A program made the translations under genes and the position numbers. Source: the human T2T-CHM13v2.0 reference genome, Homo sapiens. From it: a stretch of DNA of 64,000 nucleotides. The notes under the pieces are model-generated. The model searched no databases. It was not told where the DNA came from and saw only the letters and a list, made by a program, of their open reading frames with translations. The stretch lies in the NCBI RefSeq assembly GCF_009914755.1, contig NC_060941.1. One strand, written 5' to 3'. Of this stretch, positions 37,619 through 49,705 are shown in pieces. Each line of letters begins with the position of its first letter. The first letter of the stretch is position 1.

Positions 37619-40600
37619 TGGGCACGAGGACCTGAGTGTGAGGAGGGAGCCCCGGCCCGCTGGATGCAACTTGTCCTTCCTAACCCATGTGCACTGAGGG
37701 TGGGGCAGCCGGGCCCCTGCTCAGAATCGCACTGGGCATGGGCTCGACTTGCTGGCCCTGGGACGACCCTGCTCAGCCAGCTCTGGAGGCTTCCTCAGCG
37801 GCCTGAAACTCCTGCTGCAGAGGAGGGTAGCATTGCCCTGTCCACTCACCACCTCCTGGGGCTTTTCTGGACAGAGATGCCCGGGGCTACAAGGAGAGCC
37901 AGGGTTTCTGCTGGGTTACCTTCCCCTGTTCCCTTTCTGAGATGATGGGGGAGGAGGGAGGTGAGGCAGGTGCAGCCCTCGCTGGCCGGTCGTGAGTGAG
38001 GAGGGAGAGATGGCCCCGCATCCCTGGGGATGCTGCCTCCCAGAGACCATGGGGGCTCCGTAGCACCGGCAGGATCATCGTGGGGGTCCTGGGAAGCGGC
38101 ACTGGTGCTCTGCTCACTGTAATGCAGGGGGCTGGTGGGGGGCATTGGTGCCCCCAGGATCCCCCCTCCGGCTGCCCCCCATCTCTGGGTGTGCGAGGCC
38201 TATAGCCTGGATTGAGGTCTGAGAAAGGGGAGAGATGCGTGCTATTTAAAGGGTGTATAATTAACACAGCAGAGACAAAGCACCCTCGTTCAGATCTTCA
38301 GAGAAGATAATAGCAGGGCCGGTGATCGCCAGCGTGGAGTCTGGCGACGTGCGGGGGGTGTGAAGCCCATCCTCGTTTTCACAAAGCTCTTCAGGCTAAG
38401 GCTGTCTGTGGACAACCCCTCCCCCCCACCACCCCCGTGAGGACAGCCGTGTGGCCATGTTTCTCTGGAGTAACATCTCTGAGGGGTCCTGACCAGGAAA
38501 AACAGGAGTGTGAGGAGCCAGGAGCCACGGAGCCCTCTCAGGGCTTCTGCATCCGCAGCTGACACAGGGACCCTCAGTGTCCCCGGGGCCAGGGCAGCCA
38601 GGGGTCGGGCACTCTGCTTCCCCAAGCCTCAGGGCTGGGCCACTCGAACATCTTAGCCCCCACTTCTCCTGCATCTTGCCAACCCTTTGCTGGCTCTTGG
38701 GGACAGCTTGGTCTGTGATCCTCTAGCCTGTTTGTGTGTCTAGCCCACTGGTGTGGACAGAAGCGACCTGCTGTCTCCTGTGCCCGTGGGCATGTGCTCA
38801 CCAGACTGTCCATCCCAATACCAAGCTGTGGGTCTGTTGGGACCTGTTGTTCCTGGGCACCCCTTGCCAATCTGCTGAAAGCTCTGGGCCTTTTTCCCAG
38901 GAAAATGGGGACCGTCAGGGCTCATGGATCCCTGATCCTGCCAAAGTGGCACTGTTCCCTTCCTGAGGATCTTCCTGTAATGCCTTCCTTGGGGAGCGGA
39001 ATGACCAGCTCTTCCACCTGCCACCGGGGCCAGAGGGTGCGGCTTACCCTCTGCTCAGCCCAGCCCGGGTCTTGCTCAGAGCACGTGTGTTCAGTGTGAG
39101 ATTTAAGGGTCCTCCCATCTCCTTTTAACCACCTGCCATGCTGCCCTCCCTCCTCTGCCTGGGTACCGTGCCCATCAGCCTGGGAGGCCTGGTCAGTGGG
39201 TTTTAGAGCAGCCACTGGCTGCAGCCTGCAGGTGGCCAGTGACCATGTGCTACTTGGGGCACCTGATTCTCACCCCACACACCACAGCTGACCGGTCCGC
39301 AGCCGCATCCTTTCGAGTAAGTGTTACCCATGGTGACAGCTGAAGGCCAAGAATTACGTTCTCATTCATATGCTGCAGGGGACCTGGGGGGTTAAAGAAC
39401 GTGGGAAAGCTGCAGCAGCCGTGGCGGATGAGGTAAACCAAAGCCGCCTTGGTTTTTTCTGGAATGCCCCTCCCCCACTCTGAGTCACCGCATGCTGCGG
39501 AGAGGAGAGATGTGTTCTGATCACTTTTGTCTTCTCTGATCACGGGGCTGTTCAGCCCAGGGTGACTAAGTGGGAGCATTCTGTGGGTCTTAAATGCTTT
39601 CAGCTGGGTGTTTCCATAGTGCTGTCGCCATGGCACCCAGCTAAGCACGCAGCCGGTGGCTCAGCGGCGGGCGGGGACTGGAGGGGGCCAGCCACTGGGA
39701 CTGCCTGCCCATGGGGCAGGCTCAGGGCCGTTGTAAATGGCCGGGCTGCCAGGTAGGAGGTACAGACCAGGCCGTGCTCTGTCCCCTGCACTTTCCACAC
39801 AGCTCGGACGTGCCCCGTATAGGTCATCCCCGTCCAACAGCAGGTCACAGTTGGCCGGGCCCTGCAGTGCTGGCCGCCACCTCCTCTCCTCCCCGTCCCC
39901 GCACCGGCCCCTTGTGTGGTGAAGCTCCTGCCTGGCCTAGATTTCCAGGATCTGCCCTGTACAGTCGTGGCCTCTCTGTATGAGGAGTCAGTGTCCTGGA
40001 ACAGCAGGTGAGGAGAGGCAGCTGTCATTCCTAGACAGAGTGGCAGCCGCATGTCATGCGCTGACTCAGGCTCTGCCATAGCCAGATGCTCATGTGGGGG
40101 CTCCAAGGCAGGAGGTGTCAGCTCCCCCCGTCCTTCGGGGGCTGGCCATCCCTGCCTTGCTGCTCTGGGAACATCTCTCCTCCCTGTCCCCAGGATCTGG
40201 AGGGGCCCCGCCAGAGCACCGTGCAGCCGTACTTTCTGTCTCTCCCCCGACTTCCCCTGGGTTTCTCTTGTGACCTGTGTGCCACTCCCAGCCATTTACG
40301 GGGCTCCTTTGAGTAAGTGGAAGACTTAAAAATAAAACACCAACTCTCTTCCCGGCCAGGGAGGCTGCCGTACCCTGCTAATGAGGCCAGTACCCCTCGC
40401 TGTACTCTCCCCTGGGGAACTGAGCATGAGCGTGAGAAAGTACCGTAGCCTAAAAACCCAGAAACCGCCTGTAGGGTGGGCAACCGGAGCAGCTCCAGGG
40501 GCCTTAGTTTGGAAGGTGCCGTTCTCAGGGTGAGGAGACCCAGGGGGCCCTGCAGCCTAGTTTACACTGCTGTCCTGGGGTGACCACTCCAAGCAGCACC

Positions 40601-41412
40601 TTCTCTTCCCCCGAGTCCTATTCAGACAGCAACCAGTGTGGAGGCCGTGGCTCTGGGCAGCCCCCTGGGCCTGCCTTTTCTCAGTGCCTCAGTTTCTTTT
40701 GCCAGGCGTTGGATCTCCTGCTGAGTGCTCTCTGGCCCTGAGCTCTCTGCCCACCATGCTTTCCGGGCCGGCCACCGCTGGAAAAGTCCCCAGGGAGGGC
40801 ACAGAATCCTCATGATGGGGTGCGTTGGGGGTTTCTCCATGGAACCTCACACACATTCCTGAGGCTGCCCCACTTAAGGGATTCTGGGCACCGAATAGCT
40901 CCCTCCAAAGCAGGCACCCCCATCACAGGCCACTCAGAGCCTGGAGGCGCACCCCAGCATCCCTGGCAGTTCCCTGCGGGAGGAGCGGGGCAGGACCCTG
41001 CAGGCGGCCTTGGAACAGGCCTGGGTGTTGGTCTGAGTGGTGTTGCAGGGGCATGGGTGGGTGCTCATCTCCAGGCCCCTCCTTGTGCACAAGCCCACTT
41101 GTTTCTCGGAGCACACCCTCCCCACCCAGTCCCTTTGATCCTGAAGGTCAGGAAAGGAGTCCAGCAGCCAGGCTGAGGCTGGAGCACAGCGGGCTCAGGT
41201 GTCCTCCTCCATGGCTGCAGTATGTGGCGTCCTGGCCACGGCCATCATGCCCTCCCCAGGCCCCAGGGTACCCCTGAATCTGGCTGTCGCACTCTACCCC
41301 TTCCTGGAGAAGGAGCCTCAGAGGTCACTGGAGGTTCTTGGGAGCAGGAGCAGGAAGCCCTGGTAGGTGCATGTTGCATAACCAGAGGAAAAGTACTTCG
41401 CGCTCCAGCTGT

Positions 41413-41483
41413 GGAGGAGGAGGAGGTGGAGGAGAAAGTAGAGGAGGAGAAGAAGGAGAAAGGAGAGGAGGAGGAGGAGGAGG
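41413..41483. repeat. GA-rich (GAG)n-type low-complexity purine tract
   Basis: Almost pure purine on the + strand. Confidence 0.85.
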
Positions 41484-42899
41484 CAGCGGCAGTGGGGGTG
41501 GCGGCAGAGGCCTCAGCATGGAGCAGAGCTTGCTGGAAAGTCTGCTTAAGGTTGCCTTGCAGGGCCTCTCACCTGTGATCAAACTTCTCACTTCCTAAAT
41601 GCCATCTCAGGTCCCCTTTAGGTGACCCTGTGGCCAGGCCCTACAGCGCCTCTGGAGGGTCAAGGCCTACTGGGGATAGGAGTAGCAAGCCCGTTGTTTT
41701 GAGGGGCAGGTGGGGTTTAGTGTGGGAAAGCAGGGTGGGCTGCAAGGGCAGGGGAGCGCCGGGCTCCGTGTTGGGGGATGTGGCTGGGCAGGCTCTGGCC
41801 TTGGGGACAGCATGGTCTGCTCACACTGGCCAGCAGGCAGAGCCAGTGCCCGGTGGTAGTGCTGGGACCGACCCACACCCTGCCAGGCTGGTTCTCACCC
41901 CTGTAGTGGAGGCTTGCGGGGGTAGGCAGCCAGGGAACAGGCTGCTCCGCTCCCCTCCCCGCCGCCCACCCGGCCCGGCACTGCCCACCCACGCTGAGTC
42001 AGAGCTGTAGGCGGGGCGGCCGCGAGGCTGAGTCAGGCAGGGGAGGCCGCCCCCTTGCGGAGGCCGCATCTTCTTAAGAGCCGATTCTGAACTGACCACT
42101 CCTTGACGGGCAATCCCGGTGGACGGGGGGTCTGAGTCCTGCTGTGGAGGGTCTGCCTGAGGCCGGTAGGGGCTCAGCCCAAGGTAGGTAGGCACAGGAG
42201 GAGAGGCGAGACAGAGGAGAGCTGGAAAGACCTTCCTGGCAGAGGAGAAGCTGGCTCCCTGCTGAAGCAGCTAGCCTCCTGCGGCCTCCCAGGAGGGGCC
42301 TGGGTGTGTCCCTGGGGACAGGGTCTGTGCCTCGGGTGCTCCTCCCTTGCCCTCACCAGCCACCCACAGCCTCATCAGCGTTTTGGGATGGAAAGTTTCC
42401 AGCCTACAAAACCGGAGAGCCCTTGACATCCAGGGTCCCAGTCGAGCCCTCCCACTGTCGGGCTGGGGTTCTGGAATCGGGAACCCCGGGTGCCGGGTGT
42501 CAGCTGTGCCATAGGGCTGTGGTGTCACGCGCTACCCCAGACCTCAGGCACATGATCCCCAGGCCAGCTGGGGTCATGGAGGGGCCAGCGGGGGGTGGGG
42601 AGGCATGCTCCTCCCAGAGGGACAGAGGCAGAGAGCCCTGGGGTTTGGAACTGTCACTTCCACCTACAGCCCTGTTGGTCAGGTGAGTCATACAACAGGC
42701 CCTGCACCCATGGGCAGGCTGGGAGGCGCCTCTGCCCAGGATGGGAGCACAGTCCGGGGCCTGGGAGGCAGCGGCCGCCCTCAGCTTCTTCGCCACTCTC
42801 TCCCCCAAACTCCCCCTCTCCAGTTTCCTCCCGAGGCTCACGTTGGAGAGGCCTGGGCTCAGCTACAGTTTCTTGGTCTGGCTTTGCTTGCACTACTTC

Positions 42900-43072
42900 T
42901 TTTAAAGTTTTTTTTTTTAAATTGTGATAAAATACACGTAACTAATACAGTTGACCACGGTAACCATCTTTAAGTGCACAGTTCAGCGGCATTAGCGCAT
43001 TCATGGGGTTGTGCGATCACCACCACCATCCATCTCCAGAACTTTCCATCTTCCCAAACTAAAGCTCTTAGT
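42900..43072 (-). mobile_element. Old L1 (L1MB-like) 3' end, antisense
   Basis: T tract followed by 'aaattgtgataaaatacac...taagtgcacagttcag...caccaccatccatctccagaactttccatc'. Confidence 0.7.
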
Positions 43073-43604
43073 ACCCTCCGTCCTGGTGTGTTCAGAATCG
43101 GTAGCTGGATCTGGAAGCTCTGTCAGGTTGAGACTCAGTTTTCCTTTTGGGAAAATCATTTTGGCTGGAGCAGCTTCTGTCGTCTTTGCTGGAACCCTTT
43201 CTGGGCCGACTGTGTGTCCACCAAGAAGCACAGAGTGGCCAAGACGTGACAGCCGCCATGGTCAGAGCCAGGGCCACAGCCGCAAGGGCTGCCGAGCGGC
43301 TGACCGCCGGGTCAGGGTGGGGACCGCCTGCTGGCTGCCCTGGTTCTAGGGTCTGGCTTGACTACCTGTCTTTCCTGTGCCCAAGAGCACCTGCCAGGGC
43401 TGAGGGTTTTCCAAAGCTTCCGCGTTTGTCTGGGACACATTCTCCCCGTCCCCCCATCCCCCCATCCCACGGGGACACCCGGGTGGGCACTCAGGCAGCT
43501 CCAAGGTGGAAGGGCAGCAATCAGGCCTACTTCTCATTCCTGGTTCCGTGCTGGCCCCTCACCTGGGCACACCCTGTTCCGAAAGGCGTGACCTGTGGAT
43601 CTGA

Positions 43605-43659
43605 TCTTGCTGTCCCCGTGGACGCTGGTCTTGCTGTCCCCGTGGACGCTGGTCTTGCT
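43605..43659. repeat. 24-bp tandem duplication (TCTTGCTGTCCCCGTGGACGCTGG) x2.3
   Basis: Direct reading. Confidence 0.9.
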
Positions 43660-44413
43660 TTCTGGGCTCCCAGTCTCCGCTCGGTGACCTCTTGTCTGAT
43701 CCTCCCCACGAACTTCCTTCTCACGTTCTCCCTTGGTGTTCGCTTATCCGGAAACCAGGCAGCCAGGTGTCTTAGCGTCCCGCTCCCCGTCATTCAGAGC
43801 CGGAGCCGGGTGGGAGAGGAGATGAGGTGCGCCCGGAGTCCCCTCTGCAGCAGAGGGCTTCCCTGGGGTCCTTGGCCACTGTCCTGGGCTCCAGCTCTCC
43901 TGCCTTTCGTGCTGGGGCTGAGATGGCTGAGATGGCTGAGATGGAGGGGCCCTGGAGGCAGAGGCACAGGTGAGAGTGCTCCAGGCAACAGGGGGAAGGA
44001 CCAAGAAGCTGTCCTGGGGCCCATGGAGCTGGGGCGCATCCACACCCAGGCTTCTGTGCCTTGGCCACAGGGAGGTGCACGCGACCCCACCCCACAGCAG
44101 GAGCCCTGAGATGAGGCTGGCCCCCTGCCAGAGCCTCCTGCTGGAGGCAGGACCCTCCACTCACCCAGAGTGGTCCCGGGGCAGGGAAGCCTTCTGGGGA
44201 TGTGGCCATCGGGCATCTCCTGAGTGGTCCCGGGGTAGCTGAAGCCTCCTGGGGGCGTGGTTGTCTCCTGAGTGGCCGCAGATGCTGTTTTGTTTCCAGC
44301 TGCTCTGCATGAATGAGACGTGTCCTTTGACTGAGTCCGTGGGGCTGCCCCAAACCGGTCCTGACAGGCGTCCTTCCATCGCTGGCTGAGCCTTTCTCCC
44401 TTTCCCTCCACAG

Positions 44414-44566
44414 TACATCGACGCCATCAGCAACAAGCAGGGCGAGCTGGAGAATTACGTGTCCGACGGCTACAAGACCGCACTGACAGAGGAGCGCAGG
44501 CGCTTCTGCTTCCTGGTGGAGAAGCAGTGCGCCGTGGCCAAGAACTCCGCGGCCTACCACTCCAAG
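44414..44566 (+). CDS. BAIAP2: BAIAP2 coding exon 7: YIDAISNKQGELENYVSDGYKTALTEERRRFCFLVEKQCAVAKNSAAYHSK
   Basis: ccacag acceptor, gtgagg donor; 153 nt; contains the IMD signature ALxEERRRF. Confidence 0.97.
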
Positions 44567-45487
44567 GTGAGGCGGCTGGGGGCTGCGCTGTGCCGGCGCT
44601 GGGCCTTGCTGGCAGAAATGACCCAGGCCCCTGCCCCAGCCCCAGCCCCGTGAACACACCGGGGCAGTGTCCAGGCTCGAACTCTCGTTTATTTCGGGTT
44701 TTCTTGGGGGTGAAGTTCTGGGAGAATTACCAGGTCACAGGGTGCAGGCATTTTGAAGACTCACATTAGAAATTGCCACCTGCAACCAGGGAGAGTCTGA
44801 TGGGCTTTCAAGGCCTTCTAGAACATTCTTCTGCCACAGCCATGTCCTGGGCAGGTGCAGGCTGACGCCAGGCAGGGGACGGTCATGCTCCGTGCTGGGT
44901 GCCGGAGTCCCGGTGGGACACCTGGTGGGTGGCCTCTGTGTCCTCACTTGCTCTTCCTGTGGCCCCTCTATCCACAGTCCTGGGGTACAGCCTCTGGGCT
45001 CATGGCTCTGCTCACCCGAGGCACTGAGGACCCCCAGCCCCAAGCCTGGGTCCCCAGCCACCCAAGACCACTGTGCCACTGGGCCCCTAGGCCACCCAAG
45101 ACAACCATGACACTGGCCCCAGGTCCAGCAGCTGCCATAGCTCGGCTGTCGTACGTGGACCTGCCACCCCTCACCCAACCCAAACCTGCCCTATCTCTTT
45201 GCTTCCTGGGTAGACAGGGGCCCTGCCTGGCTCTCAGGTGGCCTCCCCAGTCCCTCCCTCACTGCTCCAGAGTGGCCTCCCTGGGACTCAAACCTGGTCA
45301 CAGGGTCCTCCCCTGGCTCCCAGGCTCTTGGTGACCTGTGCCTCTACCACCTCTGCCTGCACCCCTGAGCCACTGTGGTCCCAGGTGGGGCCTTGGGTGG
45401 TGGCCACATGCTGCTGCCCTCGTGACCTCTGAGAGACCCCTCTGCCCGTCATCTGTTGAGGGCCCCTCCTTGGGCCGGTAGATTCTT

Positions 45488-45627
45488 GGCCCTGTGTTTC
45501 CCGCTAGGCGTCCCCCGGCACAGTCCTGCGGCCCTGTGTCTCCCGCTAGGTGTCCCCCGGCACAGTCCTGCGGCCCTGTGTCTCCCGCTAGGCGTCCCCC
45601 AGCACAGTCCTGCAGCCCTGTGTTTCC
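45488..45627. repeat. 42-bp tandem repeat x3.3
   Basis: ccctgtgt recurs at 45490, 45532, 45574 and 45616. Confidence 0.92.
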
Positions 45628-47962
45628 GGCATCCCCAGCCTTGTCGTTCCTTGTGGGGGAATCCCGCCCTGGGATCCGCCATGTCCCAGGACCAAGCCTG
45701 GCCCTGCTGAACCAGGAGCGAGTTCCTCAGGGACGGGCTGCAGCAGCCCCCTCCATGGATATCCTGAGCCCCGATGTGAGCAAGGGGATCCCCTCCTAGG
45801 AGGCTGACTTAGCCCCCAGAGCAGGCAAGGCCCAGAGGCCAGACTCCCCACCGGGAACAGGCAGGGCCAGCAGGCCCCTGTTCACCCATAGTCCATGGGT
45901 AGGAGTTGGGATGGGATCACATGTGTCCCCTGGAACATTCTGGAACATTTCAAGAGTTTCGAAGATGTAGTTCCGGAGCCAAGCCCACCAGGGAGGCCCT
46001 GGTCATGTCTTTCTAAAATAAAGGGTTGCAGGGATCCACGGGCTATACCTTGACACTTGTTCCCCCCACCCACCACACTCTCATGTACGTGCGCGTGCGT
46101 GCACACACACACGCACGTGATACAGAACCAGTGCTCCAGTCCCCACAGCCTGGGGACAGCCAGGAGACAAGTGCTCTTCCCTCCCTGGAGAGGCCCCTCC
46201 TGCCGGCCTGGGCCTGCTGGGCACTGTGGGCAGGTGCAGGCAAGGACAGCAGCAGCACCTTTGACCCCTGGAGGCAGCCTCGCTGCTGAAGGACTCAGCG
46301 GTGACAGGCTGTGCTGCCACAGCTGCCAGGCAGGGAGCGCTGTGGAGCGCAGGCCTCCCGCCTGCTAGACCCAGGACAGTGGCGGGCGTCTGCGCCCTCT
46401 GGCGGGGGCCAGGCCCCATGACGGGGCCAGGGAGTGAGAGCGGGGCTGTCAGTGGCTGGGGTGCTGCCTGCAGGGATGGAGGGCGGGGAAGCCAGGCTGC
46501 TTGCCGCAGGTCTCCCAGGAGGGGTTGCGGGATGTGCCTGCGGTGGCAGCAGCTGACCTCCTGGGCTCGTGGGCCCCCGGGCGTGTGTGGAAGAGGCCTG
46601 TGTCCCACAGACCCACTTAGAGACGAGCCTCTGGGCTGGGGGCCAGGGTGTGAGGGCAGCCTCCCAGGGCAGTTCGTAGTAGCTCCCTGGTGCTTGGGTT
46701 TGGGCCTGCCTCGGGGCTCTCAGGGTGCGGGGGTGACGCTGGCTCGTGGCCGCTGTGTCAGGGCCGTGCCGCTGCGAGGTCGGTGTCCCTCGGCCGTCTG
46801 CCCTAGTGCTGGTCCCTGCTGGCCTCTCCGCGCCACCCAAGACTCACTCCTCTACCACTGATCTCAGCCAGGGCTCGGCAGACGTTCTGAATGGCCACAA
46901 AGTTTGTGCTTTTGGCTCTGTGGGCCGTGCCGTCTCCAGCTCTGTTACTGCAATGTGAGGGCAGCCATGAATGAATGATTCACAAATCGATGCACAGCTG
47001 TGTTGCAATAAAACTTTATTTACAAAACAGGAAGCCAGCCCTCGGGCTGTGGTTTGCTGACCCCTGGTCTGAGCCAGCAGCAGAGGGGTAGGGGTGGCAT
47101 GGGGAGGACTTGCTCAGAATGGCTGTCGTCCAACATCCTCCGTGGGTCCCCAGCGTGGGTGCCCAGCCACATGTAGAAGGGAACGGGGATGAGTGGGGGG
47201 AGCAGTGAAAGCCGGAGAGGCCCCCAGAGGTGCCAGAGACATAGCAGTTCTGGCCCACAGCTTAAGGGTCTGGGGGTCCCGGGAATCCAGGCCCTGCAGC
47301 CTGCTTAGGCCAAATGGCCAGGAGGGGCAGGGGTTACTTGATTAGCTCCCAGGACCCAGGCCCGGCCGGCTCCCAGTCCCAGAACCTTTCTCCATGCCTG
47401 TGGCTTCCTCCTCCTTTGTCCCCACTGTGCTCAGCTGGTCTGTGTCCAGCAGGCCGCAGAGTACGCCCGAGGGAGCGCGGGCTCTTGGGCCCAAGGGCAG
47501 TGGTTGGAGCAGTGAGCCTCAGTGTGTCTGACGGGGCTGCCTTCCTGCCCTCGGCAGCCAGGCCTGACCCCCACTGGGCAGCACCACCCCCTCCCCCGGC
47601 CATCTGGGGCGCCTTCCTGGCACTTTGGGGTTTGCCCACCGGAGTTTGACCTTGTGCGTCCCTGTCCGTTCCTCCTTCCTCCAGGCCCTGATGGGCCCCG
47701 CGGGCGTTGAGCCTGGGTTTGCTCTCATCCCTGGAGGTCCCCCGACTGCATGGCTTGTGGTCCATCCCCGGCCCTTTACCGGCAGCCGCTTCTGTGGGTT
47801 GGGGTCAGAGGCTCACGGGTGGCCTGTCTCGCCGAGAGGTACCACCTGGTGAAGAGCAGCCTCCAGCCCCAGAGAGTGCTCAGGGAGGGCCCTCAGCGCT
47901 GTGCCTGGCTGCAGGAGACTGAGCCGGCCCTGACCCCTCCCTTCCTGCTGCTTCCACTTCAG

Positions 47963-48184
47963 GGCAAGGAGCTGCTGGCGCAGAAGCTGCCGCTGTGGCA
48001 ACAGGCCTGTGCCGACCCCAGCAAGATCCCGGAGCGCGCGGTGCAGCTCATGCAGCAGGTGGCCAGCAACGGCGCCACCCTCCCCAGCGCCCTGTCGGCC
48101 TCCAAGTCCAACCTGGTCATTTCCGACCCCATTCCGGGGGCCAAGCCCCTGCCGGTGCCCCCCGAGCTGGCACCGTTCGTGGGG
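47963..48184 (+). CDS. BAIAP2: BAIAP2 coding exon 8: end of IMD plus partial CRIB/proline-rich motif (VISDPIPGAKPLPVPPELAPF)
   Basis: cttcag acceptor, gtgagt donor; 222 nt. Confidence 0.97.
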
Positions 48185-48367
48185 GTGAGTCTGTGGCCTC
48201 TGGAAAGCTTCACGGGTGTGGGTGGGAGGGCAGCTTGTTGTCAGGGCGGGGGGCCGCCAGGGTGCAGAGTCCAGGGGCCCCTGCTGAGGGGGCGGAGGGT
48301 TCTCTTTCCCCCTGGTCTTGCCCGGGGTGGGCTCCAGCAACAGCCTGCTCTGCCTGCTTCCCTGCAG

Positions 48368-48569
48368 CGGATGTCTGCCCAGGAGAGCACACCCATCATG
48401 AACGGCGTCACAGGCCCGGATGGCGAGGACTACAGCCCGTGGGCTGACCGCAAGGCTGCCCAGCCCAAATCCCTGTCTCCTCCGCAGTCTCAGAGCAAGC
48501 TCAGCGACTCCTACTCCAACACACTCCCCGTGCGCAAGAGCGTGACCCCAAAAAACAGCTATGCCACCA
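48368..48569 (+). CDS. BAIAP2: BAIAP2 coding exon 9: RMSAQESTP...SDSYSNTLPVRKSVTPKNSYAT(T)
   Basis: ctgcag acceptor, gtaagg donor; 202 nt. Confidence 0.97.
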
Positions 48570-48974
48570 GTAAGGGCTCCGCTGGGGTGTTGGGCTGGGG
48601 TCCCTGGACGTGCCTCCTCAGACCCTACAGTCATGCCACAACCCTCAATAGGGGCCTGGGAGACCCTGAGGCTCACAATTATGTGACCGTGTGTACCTAC
48701 ATGCATGTGGTACACACACGTGTGCCTGCCCAGCATCCAGCTCCCTCTTGTCAAGCCTCTGGTGCTCAGTGGGGGCATGAGTGGGGTACAGGGTTAGGCT
48801 CATGCAGGCAGCAGCCACTTGGGAGCAGGTAGCTGCTGCTGCGGAGAGCTTAGCCAGCCCACTTACCCACCTGGGGCACAGGCGGCTGTGCTCTCAGCAC
48901 CTCAACCAGACTCCCTGGGCTTTGCTGCCCCGCCAGCCAGGGGCAGTCCCCTTACCTGTCCCTTGTCCCAGCAG

Positions 48975-49176
48975 CCGAGAACAAGACTCTGCCTCGCTCG
49001 AGCTCCATGGCAGCCGGCCTGGAGCGCAATGGCCGTATGCGGGTGAAGGCCATCTTCTCCCACGCTGCTGGGGACAACAGCACCCTCCTGAGCTTCAAGG
49101 AGGGTGACCTCATTACCCTGCTGGTGCCTGAGGCCCGCGATGGCTGGCACTACGGAGAGAGTGAGAAGACCAAGAT
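48975..49176 (+). CDS. BAIAP2: BAIAP2 coding exon 10: (T)ENKTLPRSSSMAAG... and most of the SH3 domain; alternative NAGNAG start at 48972
   Basis: cccagcag tandem acceptor, gtgagt donor; encodes RVKAIFSHAAGDNSTLLSFKEGDLITLLVPEARDGWHYGESEKTK. Confidence 0.96.
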
Positions 49177-49333
49177 GTGAGTGTTTCTCGGGGGCGGGCT
49201 CCAGGCAGCCGCTGCCTTCAGCAAGTGTGTGGGGCAGCGACACTCAAGTGCACTGAGACCTTGTGTTTAGAGTGGCTGTGCAGGTTGCGGGTCCTCGCCG
49301 TAGAAGACCTGGGCAGTGAGAGCAAGCGTGACC

Positions 49334-49705
49334 TGGGGTCTTCGCCACCAACAGGCGTCTTCTCCCCTGGCAGGGGTCTTCGCCCCAACCACCTCCCTGC
49401 AGGGGTCTTCCCCTACAGGAGGGATCTCCCCCCAACAGCAGGGATCTCCCCCCAACGGCAGGGATCTCCCCCAATGGCAGGTATCTCCCCCAATGGCAGG
49501 GGTCTTTCCCCATGGCAGGGGTCTCCCCCCAATGGCTCGGGTCTCCCCCCAGCGGCAGGGGTCTCCCCCCAGTGGCAGGGGTCTGCCCCATGGCAGGGGT
49601 CTTTCCCCACGGCAGGGGTCTCCCCCCAATGGCAGGGGTCTCCCCCCAATGGCTCGGGTCTCCCCCACATGGCTGTTGTCTTCCCCCATGGCTGGGGTCT
49701 TTCAC
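49334..49705. repeat. ~19-20-bp minisatellite (approx. GGCAGGGGTCTCCCCCCAAT)
   Basis: Roughly 18 variably diverged units in intron 10. Confidence 0.92.

Noticed and set aside
41338-41598. Poly-Glu, poly-Gly and poly-Pro ORFs
   Set aside because: Product of the (GAG)n low-complexity tract; no flanking splice structure.
43147-44109. 320-aa intronic ORF
   Set aside because: Low-complexity Pro/Gly/Arg/Ala/Trp composition, no recognisable domain, includes tandem duplications; expected in GC-rich DNA.
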